A program made the position numbers and the translations under genes. From the NCBI GenBank assembly GCA_030704615.1, contig CM060731.1, positions 63,178,001 through 63,242,000 on the forward strand: a DNA stretch of 64,000 nt, in the 5' to 3' direction. The DNA comes from Takakia lepidozioides. Its lineage: Eukaryota > Plantae > Bryophyta. Shown piece by piece: positions 36,657 through 48,325 of the stretch. The notes below the pieces were generated by a model that was not told the origin of the DNA, searched no databases, and worked only from the letters and a program-made list of their open reading frames with translations. How positions within the stretch are numbered: the stretch's first letter is position 1; every line of letters starts with the position of its first letter.

Positions 36657-39600
36657 TTCGTAGTAACATAAATTGACTTCCTTAAAAATGGAATCGTCAT
36701 ACACCTTGACTGAATTGAATTGCAATTTTTACTTCAAAGTGTTTAAAGAACAGAGATGAGGCATAATGCCCCACAAAGGAGCCTAGAGAAAGGAAAGAAG
36801 GAAAATAATAAAAATAACTTAAAGCTCAAGAATGGCACCTTCTGCCATTAGGCCAAGTTTTGGGCCCTCTCCATAAGGAGGTTCAATCAACACTTGCTTC
36901 ATACCATTGATGAAGGTTCCTCTCCTCATGAGGGTTGATACTCCAAAATCAGTTTACAAAAATTACTCTAGGGGTTTGGGTGGGTGGGATAATACGTCAG
37001 GTAGCTAGGAGGCACAAAGAAGTAAAATCTGCTTATAGTTCTTTGCTCTGCCCAGTAGATCTCTTATAGCAGCTGGTCAGTTGCTGATCCAACTCCAGCC
37101 AAGCTCTATCATCATATCGACGTAACTATATCCCACTCCCGCACCTTCCCACTTTCCCACTTTCCCACTCCCTGGTCAATGGTCATTGGTACAAATCTTT
37201 GAACGGAAATTTTGTAAGTTTATCATGTATTATCTACTACTAACTTTAAATTGTCACTTATTTCAATCGTTACAATTTTTCATTTCGTAGTAACATAATT
37301 GACTTCCTTAAAAATGGAATCGTCATACCCCTTGACTGATAGAAGAGGCAGTTGGTTCAAAAATACTGGCAACCTTTCTGAGTAAGAAAGAACTTAATGT
37401 TCGTGAACTCTTCATCTTCCATTGCAGCTAGCGCAACCCACCCTGCACTTCCCACTATCGAAGCTCATCAACATCGTCGTTTGGCCCTAAACCCAATTTT
37501 CTAGTGACGGATAATTTGTGATCTAAATCAGCGGTGACATATGCATCTTTTGCCAGTTCTGATTTCCATCTTCCATGACTTTTGAAAAGTCTATCAGGGA
37601 TTTCAGAGTTTGTAGCCCGAGAGGCACTACTAACGCGACCAGAATCATGGGTGCCAAACATTTGCGGATCTTCACCTATGACAACAAGGCAAAACCTGAA
37701 CGAGTCCCGAAGCGTTGAATAAGAGATGCCACAACGTCGCAAACACATAGATTTCCGTTGGTTACTAACAGTAATTCCTCGTAGCAAGAGGCCACCTTGA
37801 GAACCATCTATGGTTGTATAGTTTCCTAGTATAAGCAGACGTTCTATCGTTGCTACAGGACAACAATTACTGGTCATCCAGGCAATCAATACTCAAGTGC
37901 TTGCTCTATACTGATTGTCACGGACATAGCCCAAAGGAACTTACCAGGAGTAAATACCAGAAGTTATCAAGTTATCATGTTATCAAAAGTTACCGTGAAC
38001 TATCATGATCTACCATGATTTATCATAAGTTACCATTAGTTATCAAGTTACCAGAAGTTTATCAAATTACCGAGAGTAACTTGGGAAACTACTCAGGAAG
38101 CTTCATTTGGAGGAAACTTCTCCATCAAGAAACCTCATTTGGGGAAGCTTCTTAGGGAACCTCCTAGTAGTCAGTATATATAGGAGGCGAGACTAGACAC
38201 TCTTCAGTCTTGCCAACACAAGTTCAAGATACTCTTGTTTCCAGTCCCACTACTCCAGTCCAGCTTCCAGTACTCTAGTCCAGTTTCCAGTATCTGGTAC
38301 CGTAGTCCAGTTTCCAGCATTCCAGTATTCGAGTCGAGTTCTAGTATCTTGTACTCTTGTCCATTGTTATAAAGATCATCTTGATTCATGTTTACCCATC
38401 ATGCATTCGGTCATGCCGACCTTGACTTCTTGTCTAGTCTTGTACCTCTAGTCTGATATCTTATTTGCGTTCAGTCGTGTTTTCGTCCTTGACAGTTTGA
38501 CGAGACTAAAGTTTGTTCCTTAGTTAGTTAAGATGGAAGGCACATTTGTGGAAATGGTCGCCACATTGCAGAGTCTTCAGCTCCAGATGCAAAAACTTTG
38601 TACCTCTACCGCCCAATTACAAGCTGATCAGTCTCAAGATCTTGGCAACATTCTCCACAATTTACAACAACAAATTTCAGAGTTAAAGAAGTCGAACAAT
38701 GGATCTTCAACCATACGAGTTTCTACTGCAACAGCTCCTACTGCAACGGTTCCTCTTCAACAGATTACGAGAGAACCAAAGATCAGCATGCCCGAGAAAT
38801 TTGATGGGACGAGATCAAGATTTCGCGGTTTTATTCAACAAATACGACTGTACCTACGACTACATCCACAACACTACCCCGATGAAGGTATTCAAGTGGG
38901 ATTTGTGGGCACCCTTCTATCAGACACTGCCCTATCTTGGTTTGCACTGTTATTAGAAAAAAATTCGCATTTACTATAATTTTGAAGCATTCATGTCCGA
39001 GTTCACTGCAACATTTGGAGAATCATAGGGAGACTGTTGCAAGAGAAAGATGCAAAATCTTCGACAAGGAGCACGCCCTGCTTCTATTTATGCTGCCGAA
39101 TTTCGATAACTTGCGTGCGATCTCGACTGGAATGAGAAGAGCCTCATTAGTCAGTTTCGATGAAGGCTAAAAGAGGATGTAAAAGATTTGTTGCTGACAA
39201 TGTCAAACGTGAGCACACTGAGCGAATTCATCACCCAAGTCATTGCATGCGATAATCGTTTGTTCGAAAGACGTCAAGAGAAGCGATCTGGGTGGTTGAC
39301 GACGCATCATGTCGCTGCTACTACGACACCAAACACAACGATCCATCAGACATCCGGTAGTGATCATATGTAGATTGATGCTGTCCGATTCAAGCCATTG
39401 ATACCACAAGAAAAACAAAGACGACGCTCGAATGGATTCTGCCTCTATTGCGGAGAAGAAGATCACATAACATTAAACTGCCCCAACAAGAAAAGATTCA
39501 AAGCTCGGGGCGCAACTCAAGTGTTCGATACGAGGAGGTCGGAAAACGAAGATGTCCAGTCACAGTAGGGACCATGTGGCTGGACACCACAAATTCCTCA

Positions 39601-42600
39601 AAAAAAAAAAGGTCTATTTCTACCTCCAGACCCTGCACCTTGCTTCACAGTTCCGGTAAAAATCAGAGTGCAAAATCGAGATATGTCTGTAGAAGCACTT
39701 TTGGACTCAAGGGCTTCAGTATGTTTTATTGACAAAAACTTTGCGAAGCAACACAATTTAACGCTCGTAAAGAATAAACTATCGGCCCCCGTTGAAGTCA
39801 TCGATGGACGACCGTTAACATCAGGAAATGTTGACCATGAAACTCGACCACTTGAAGTAAAGCTTGAAGATCAAGCATCACATATTGTTTTCAACATTAT
39901 CCAGTCTCCAACGAATCTTGTGATCCTTGGACTTCTCTGGTTCGTATTTCACAATCCTGACATCGACTGGCGATCGCGAAAAATTTCTGTAAGACAATAT
40001 CAAAGGTATTCAACCTCTGTTCCTTGGAGCTAGAGCTTTCATGAGAACTACCAAAAATGATGCGGCATTTGCATTTGCAACTCCGATCAAGACCACAATA
40101 GACAAAAGTACTTTGACATTACCCACTCAATATCAAGATTTCAAGGATGTCTTTGAGAAGAAAAATGTAGACATATTGCCAGAACATCGACCTTATGACT
40201 ATGCAATTGAGTTACAAGAAGGAGCCCAACCACCATTCGGCCCAATCTATATCTTATCCCAGACGGAGTTGGCTGCATTACGTGAGTACATTGATGAAAA
40301 TTTGTCGAAAAACTTCATCCGACATTCAAAATCATCTGCGGGGGCGCCTATCTTGTTTGTGAAAAAGAAGGACGGATTACGCATGTGTGTGGACTATCGC
40401 GGTCTCAACAACGTCACAATTAAGAATCATTATCCGTTGTCGCTGATTTCTGGGCTTCTCGACCAACTGGGACGAGCAAAGATTTTCACCAAAAATGACT
40501 TGAGATGAACTTATAACCTTGTACGGATAAAAGAATGAGACGAATGGAAAAACAACTTTTCGAACAAGGTATGGACATTTTGAATACAGTGTTATGCCTT
40601 TCGGTCTTACAAATGCTCCAGCAATTTTCCAACATATGATGAATGACATCTTTCGAGAATTTTTAGATGACTTTGTAGTCATCTATTTGGACGACATTTT
40701 GATATTTTCACAGAATGAAGAAGAACATGGCCGCCATGTACGCCTTGTCCTTGATAAATTAAGATAAAAATGATTATATGCTAAGTTGGAAAAATGTCTT
40801 TTCCATCAATCTGGTACGGATGACCGACTTCACCCTGTTGGTTTTCGTTCTCGCAAATTTTCCGCTGCAGAGATCAAATGAAATCCATGACAAAGAGCTT
40901 CTAGCGATCATCGATGCTTTTGAGGAGTGACGTCATTTATTGGAGTGAGCTAAACATCATGTTATTGTCTACACTGATCACAAAAACCTCGAATATTTTA
41001 TGAGTCCTCATGTTTTGAATCGACGTCAAGCAAGATGTGGTATGACTAGCAAGGTTTGATTTTGTTATTACTTATCGCCCCGGACATCTTCAAGGGAAAC
41101 CCGATGCTCTTTCTCAACGATCGTATCTTGCGCCGAAAAAAAAAGAGGCAGCTTTCGACCAACAGAAATTCATCATCTTGAAATCAGCAAATCTCCAATT
41201 GAATATGCTATCTATGTCCACCTATGACGATGCAGAGATCATAAAGAAGATTCAGGAAGCACTGAAGAGCGACCAATTTGCTACGACACTACGAAGTCAA
41301 CTAAATCGACCTTGAGACAACCCACATGTTACAAACGACTTCGAATTCAAAAATGGCTTACTTTATTTCAATGGACTTCTCTATGTACCTCCAGGACCTA
41401 CGCGACTGCGAATTCTTCAAACATGTCATGATCTTTCGGCTGCAGGACATTTTGGCTTCAACAAAACAATTGAATTGATATCTAGGGACTATTGGTAGCC
41501 GCAGATGTGGAAACTCGTGAAAGAATTTATAAAATCTTGCGACACGTGTGCTAGAGCGAATGGACCACGACATCGACCTTGGTCGTCCGTGTCTATGGAC
41601 TTTATTACAGACCTTCCAATTTCCAAGACCACTGATTCAATCCTTGTTATTGTAGATCGTTTTACAAAGATGACACATTTCATTCCATGTAATAAGACGG
41701 TTACCGGCGAGGAAACTGCAAGACTCTTCATCAATAATATCTACCGCATTCATGGACTCCTGAAGGACATCGTATCTGATCGAGGACCACAGTTTATATC
41801 AAATTTCTGGAGGGGATTATTTCACATATTGGATACTAAGATCAATCTCTCTACAACTAATCATCCACAGACTGATGGTCAAACCGAACGGGTAAACCAG
41901 ATTTTGGAGCAGTATCTTCGCTGTACGATAAATTATCACCAAGATAATTGGACGGACCTTCTGTCATTGGTTGAGTTTGCCTACAACAATAACACTATAC
42001 ATTCTTCGACCAAACAAACTCCATTTTTCTCCAATTATGGTCATCATCCTCGAGCAAACCTTTTCCACATGAAAACTGTTGGAAGCCCTGCTGCAGAAAA
42101 TCTTACTCATCTTGCTACGATTCACAAGGAGTTTATATTCCACCTCGCAGAAGCTCAAAAACAATACAAGGAGTATGCAGATTAGCATCGCCAACTCCAA
42201 CCCCAGTTCAAGGTCGGAGATCGTGTATGGCTTCTTCGACGGGACATACAAATCTCGCGACCATCAAGGAAGTTGGATTATCAACGCCTGGGACCATTCA
42301 AAAATATTTGACAAATAAATCCGGTCAGTTTTCGGCTTGAACTCCCACGAAGTATGCGCATCCATCCAGTATTTCATATTTCATTATTGGAGTTGTATCA
42401 TCCATCGAATATTCCAAGGAGAGTCTCCGTACCACATCCACCAATCGAGATCAATTAGGAAATCGAGTATAAAGTCGATGGATTCCTAGACTCTCGCCTC
42501 AAGTATAAACGTCTTGAGTATTTTGTACATTGAAAAGGCTGCGACATCAGCGAACGAACGTGAGAACCTTCATCCAACCTTGACAATGCATTTGATAAAA

Positions 42601-45600
42601 TCCAAGAGTTTCATAAACGATATCCAGCTAAGCCCCGAGATACATGTCAATAAGACGTCACAACGATGATGTCAGCCAAGTTAGCTTCAAGGTGAAGACT
42701 CCACATTCAGTGTACTGATACACACTAAGGATGGAGGTTCCAACTCTAAGCAAGTCCAAGATTTTACCGCTCCTCGAGGAACTCGGTGCTAGAGGTGATG
42801 TCACGGACATAGCCCAGAAGAACTTACCAGGAGTAAATACCAGAAGTTACCAATTTACAATGTTACCGAAAATTACCGCGATCTACCATAAGTTACCATA
42901 AGTTACCAAGTTATCGGAAGTTTACCAAATTACCGAGAATAACTTGGAAAACTACTCAGGAAGCTTCTTTTGGAGGAAACTTCTCCATCAAGATACCTCT
43001 TCTGTTTAAGAAAACTTCTCCATTTGGGAAAGCCTCTTATGGAACCTCCTAGTAGCCAGTATATATAGGAGGCGAGACTAGATACCTTTCAGTCTCGCCA
43101 ACACAAGTTCAAGCTACTCTTGTTTCCAGTCCCAGTACTCCAGTCCAGCTTCCAGTACTCTAGTCCAGTTTCCAGTATCTGGTACCCTAGTCCAGTTTCC
43201 AGCATTCCAGTATTTGAGTCGAGTTCTAGTATCTTGTACTCTTGTTCATTGTTAAAAAGATCATCTTGATTCATGTTTACCCATCATACATTCGGCCATG
43301 CCGACCTTGACTTCTTGTCTAGTCTTGTATCTCTAGTCTGATATCTTGTTTGCTCTCGTCTTTCACACTGATCAGTCTTGGACTTCTGAATAAAAAGCCG
43401 CATGTGTGAAGGAAAAATTAATATTTCATGCCACATAAACTGACGGACTTCGCTCCCACGAAGGAAACCAGTAAAACATAGGGTTATTGAGACTACTCTC
43501 ATAAGGTTTAAGAGGTTACATTTGGTTGGGGAAAGCTTTTGAATGATGGAACGCATCATTGAAGGTAAGATGGGTTTCTTTCTATTACTTCCTGAGCTAA
43601 GCGTTCGACGTGCCACTTCTCTGGCAATGCGAACCAACGGGTGGTCTGTAGGAGAACATGCAAGAAGAATCGGAGCAGGTGTGTTCGACGCCTTTATTAA
43701 TTTAGTAAGGTTTAGTAAGGTAAAGACATATGAGTAATGGATCAGCTAGTAGGGCGGAAACATTCTTAGTTTGACACCACGTTTTAAAATTATGCCAAGG
43801 ACTAGCATAAGTTTTCAAGGTGGATGAGGCGCGAACTTTATAAATATTATTTGAAAATATTTGCCGCAAGGTTTGAAGCTCTAGATCAACAAGAGGTCTG
43901 GTAGCCCATTCAGTTGAAGCGAGAACATCTGAAAAATATAGACACATACCTTGGTTAGAATTCGCAATGTAAACCATATATTGAACTTGTCAACCGCGAG
44001 AATGGCTGATTTAGAGCATCTAGGTTGCTCGAAGCTTGATCTAGTGTGTCACCGCCCTTGGGAAAAATAAATGAAATCTATAATAAAATTGGGCGATACT
44101 TCCGTGGAGATTCGTAGGAGAGGCCACCATGGTGCTGATTGTCATTCGAACACTACCAGGGACATAGAAGCATGACATTGGGAAGCATGCCTAAGGGTTA
44201 AAGAAACTAGGGATGGCGGAGGAAAACAATAATTAATTGTAAGGCTCCAATCATGTATGAAAGCATCGGGACTTGTACTACTGCCATTGAATTCAGGAAG
44301 TTGAGTATTTACGGGGTTAGCAAATCTATCTACATGATGGGGACCCCATCTAGATTCGATCAAAGCAAAATTATTAGGGGAGAGAGAAAAATTATCGAGG
44401 TCTCTAATTTTTGAAAGGTAATCAGCCCATTCGTTTTCAGATCTAGGGATCCACTGGGGTTCTAGTCTAATAGAGTGTTTGAAACAAGAAAAAAAAACTT
44501 GAAAACATAAATTATGTATATGTAAATGGCGAGAGCCTCCGGACGAATTAATGTGAAAGACGTTTAATGAGTTACCCCCTAGCCACTACAGAAGATTGTG
44601 AAAGGATGTGACCATGAGCATCTAAAAAATGAGAAAAACGCGAATAATTCTCGTCAAGTGGACGAGGTTGAAGCATGAGATTGTTCAAAACTAAAGGACC
44701 CGTGAAAATAGAGTGGCTCAGAATTATGTGGATCTTGAAACCACGCCCCCAACCGGTACTGGCGCTTGCATCGTAGAATAATATTCTTTTGCACACACTA
44801 GTAGGCCAGATTGTAGTTGAGTTTAAAATGTCAAAAAGAGAAACCCAAGTGGAGAGTTCAGTCCGAGCCAACTCTGATAAAGTAATGAAACCATGCGAAC
44901 GTAATCTAGTCAACAAATCTGCATGAAGGTGGAAGGTCAATAATCTACAAAGGGGTCCTAGACTAATGTCATAGAAGATAACATGCCTAGGATAGAAGCT
45001 AAAAGTCTGGAAGTGCATCTAGAAAGTTTAAGACATCTTTGAATAACATTAATTAATTTATCTCGACGAGTTTTTGTAATCGAGAAGCGACCAAAAGGAG
45101 CTGAAGTGTCTACAGGGAAACCCAAAAAGTTTGTTTGGTGAGATCTGATATCTAGTAGAATAAAATTCAGAAGTTGACTGGCAGGTGAAAAGAAAATCAT
45201 CTAGGTACGGGATGCACCGGCAGCCGTGAGAACGCCATAAACGAACCATTTGTCTCATGGTTTTTGTGAAGACATAACATGCGGTAGCTAACCCGAAAGG
45301 GAGCGAGCAGAATGTATAGTAGATACCCCTAAATTCAAAACCGAGGTAGGTCCAATAAGCGGGATGGATGTCAATATGATGGTAACCAGACTTAAGATCA
45401 AAGGTAAAAATATAGTCGTTGATGTGACAAATGGATTTTACTGAGGTAATGTGTTCAAAACGGAAGGTCTGTATAAAAAGAAAAGAGTTGAGAACTCTAA
45501 GGTCAAGAATCAACCGAAATTTTCCATTGGCCTTGGGCACAACTCCAAGAGGTGAGCAGAAGAAAGGTTTGAGGGGAGAGACCACGGTAGCACTAGTTGA

Positions 45601-46150
45601 ATTAAAGCTGTGATTGCTTCAGTCACAAAGGAAGAAAATTTAAAAACTGAGGCATGGTTCTTGCCAATCCATGGGTCAGTAGGTGGCCATAAAAGCCATG
45701 GTAATTGACAGCCACAAGAAATCCTAGCGAGGACAAGCATCAAACTGCCAAAAGTTCTCCAGAAAGGGAGAACGTTCTTGAGGCGGTGACACACTTGTGA
45801 GCCTTAAGCTGAAGAGCTAGAATCAAATTCAGACTTAAAAGAAGTTAGATCTTCGTCAATGATGTTGGTAAGTTCCTCGCTGGTTAATCCTTGGGCAGAG
45901 AGCTTTTCTATAACGACATCAAGATTGTCTTCTGCGTCGTGAAGGACCTCAAGAGTCTTCTTGTTGCTTTCGTGTTGGAGAGGCTGCTCACGTGCATGAC
46001 GTTTCTTCCGCTCCATTTCTCTTTCCATTTGTTGGATCTTCCTTTGCCAGCTTGCATTTGTCTGATCCTGAGTTTGGACCATGTTAGATAAGGCCTTGAA
46101 GTGAGCTGTAGCCCATGCAGGTGCCCCAACATCTTGCGTACTGGGCCTAA
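36657..46150 (-). mobile_element. DIRS/PAT-like tyrosine-recombinase retrotransposon, degenerate and split by a gypsy insertion
   Basis: gag-like coiled coil at 46150-45804. RT (LGVVPKANGKFRLILDLR, FDLKSGYHH, LPFGL, YLDDF). RNase H (YDAS, WIPRSENEWADYLSK). Methyltransferase-like segment (WGPHHVDRFA..DAF..DW..YCFPP). Tyrosine recombinase (FTGFLRGSE, KSKTD|QYR, GTHDSGR, HGRWKS..DAYV). A direct repeat of about 56 bp at 36657-36713 and 37284-37339. Confidence 0.92.
37916..43367 (+). mobile_element. Tcn1-like Ty3/gypsy chromovirus with both LTRs, degenerate
   Basis: LTRs 37916-38494 and 42799-43367 (TGTCAC..CA) and TSD CTGAT. gag EPKISMPEKFDGTRSRFRGF, protease LLDSRAS, RT (YLDDI), a deletion at the RT/RNase H junction, integrase (MDFITDLP, SDRGPQF) and a chromodomain remnant at about 42460-42620. 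No tRNA-Met PBS. Confidence 0.95.
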
Positions 46151-46962
46151 CACATACATAAAGTAGCAAGGTCATCTAAAATAGCAAGGTAAAAACTAAA
46201 AGTGACAAGGTATGCTAAATTGAGAAGTGGGCTTGCTATATATGGAAGAGCGGGCTCATTCATATTGTATTGTGAATTCTACCCCGCGCTTGGGTTTCAT
46301 TGCGCTCTCTTGGGGACGATTTGCGGTTCACTCTGTTCTATATTGCATTTCTATATTGTTTGTTGCAGCTTTCTTATCGATTGCACTATAGGAAGGATGT
46401 TTTTACAGAACGTGTGCGATGTATCTTGCAGAGGTATCCTGCAAGAGCATGGCTACTTTGGTCGAGTCACCTGTTCGTGGGGTGCCCATTCGTGTTTCAG
46501 AGGATATTAGTATGTGGAAGATTTGTGGGGTTAAGGCAGGAAAGCCACACTCTTGTTATCTTGCTAGATTTGACCAAGTGACAATGACGGGGGTGATCTT
46601 TCTGGGTAGTACTACTCCCCTTTTTCCTCACAGCGTACGGGTACATGGCGGCACAAAGCAGGATTCTATTGGTATGCTAAAGACTATCCCTCCTGCTGCT
46701 TTCAATCAAGTTTTTTACTTGGATCTCAGCCATCCTCTTCGGGTTCAATTGATTCATGTTCCGCCCCCTAACAATCTCAACTCGTTGAAAAACACAAGCT
46801 TTGGTTTGGTTCAAAGATATGGCCAACCACAAGTTGGGATCACTGATTATGTGAATGTGGTACCCCGGTTAGTTCTCTCTTTGGATGCGGAGTCGGTGGA
46901 TACGTTTTGGAAATTGCATTTTCCATATCACATGGCGAGACCAAGACAGAGGGTGGAAATCT

Positions 46963-47427
46963 TGTGAGCACAGCGTGAGCATGCTCACGTGAGCACGGCG
47001 TGAGCACAACCCACGGTCATAGGGGTTAAATGTTTTCAAATTGCGGTCATAGGAATTACATGTTAACAGGCACCGTGCATATGAGTACCTTCAGATTTAT
47101 TTTCTCAATGCAAAAATAACTTTTCTGGGGCTTAAACTGCCGATACCCGGACTGAAAACCACCATTTTTGTTTTTCTGGGGTATCTGGTTCGCATAATGT
47201 GAGGAAACCCCACGCCTATAGGGTAACATGTTTATCGTGTATAGGTGTTACTTGTTTCTTAAAGTGATGCTGTGAGGGCCTATGTGAGCAGTTAAAAAAA
47301 GTTTCGCAAAGTTTTTTGTTTCTCAATTTTAGTTTCGCTGGAGAATATTCGAAAGACATCTAGGGAATATCCTTAATCGCTTGTGCTCACATGAGCATGC
47401 TCACATGAGCATGCTCACACGCTACCC
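46963..47427. mobile_element. MITE-like element with inverted gtgagca/tgctcac subterminal arrays
   Basis: The left end carries gtgagcac/gtgagcatgctcac repeats (46963-47008). The right end carries the reverse-complement array tgctcacatgagcatgctcac.. (47384-47420). The interior is AT-rich and no TSD was identified. Confidence 0.55.
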
Positions 47428-48325
47428 AACCTCCCAAGAAATAGGTCAAGTTTAGGACTGCATGGAGCAGGTGTAGGAGGTACAAGGGCCGATGCAGCCA
47501 GCCACAGAGGACGCACCATGGGGGCGTATTGGCACTTTACGCATTGGTATTGGTATTTGCTGCATTGTAAACGACGGTAGAGATGACGAAAGCGACGCAG
47601 AAGATGACAACGAGCTTCTGGAGTCCCGGCATAATCCCTGTGGTCTTGATGGCACTATGGTTGTATGTGATTTTGACTTACTGGAGGCCTTGTCAAATAT
47701 ATGGCTTTCATCTTTGTAGGCAGACGAAGAACTGGAGAAAGAAGAAGATGTACTTGAATTTCGAACCTCTCTGATCCGTTGTGATGGTTTTCGCAGTTTC
47801 AGGCTACTCTCTTCACAGCATGACCTCTGAATGGATCTGTAAGAGAGAACTGCAGAATACTCTCATTGGCATATTTACACTTTTTCCCAGAACAGAACAT
47901 AATGTTTCCAAGTAAAGGACTTAGTTCCAGTCACACCTCAAAAACCAGCGGGTGGAAAATCATTGACCAGCTCACTGACTATCACATGCACAAACTAACT
48001 ACATATATAACAAGTCGGATAGATAAATTTCCATCATCCAGCTTTCAGAAAAGATTGGAGAGATCTATCAAGAAATCACCTCCACAATAGATTACACAGC
48101 TCATACATGAATGCATCCGACAGTTGACACAAATACCAGCTTCCTTTATAAATTGAGCAAAACCTCATCAGAATTTGCAAGTCTTCGAACATGTGTTCAC
48201 TCCACCTCCAAAAGCCACTGTGTACTTAAATGTGTGCAGCACCAAGGTTACTATACTTTAGAAAATGGTAAAAGTTCTGCAGAATTTGGCACACCACAGA
48301 TTGGCTTACCTAGCAAATATTAAGT

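Noticed and set aside
37950-38400. Short repeated units resembling a CRISPR or satellite array
   Set aside because: They are degenerate agttac/ccagt repeats internal to the LTR, present in both LTR copies, without unique spacers or cas genes.
46202-46967. ORFs of 102 and 182 aa between the YR element and the MITE-like element
   Set aside because: They have no recognisable domain and could not be linked to the YR element termini.
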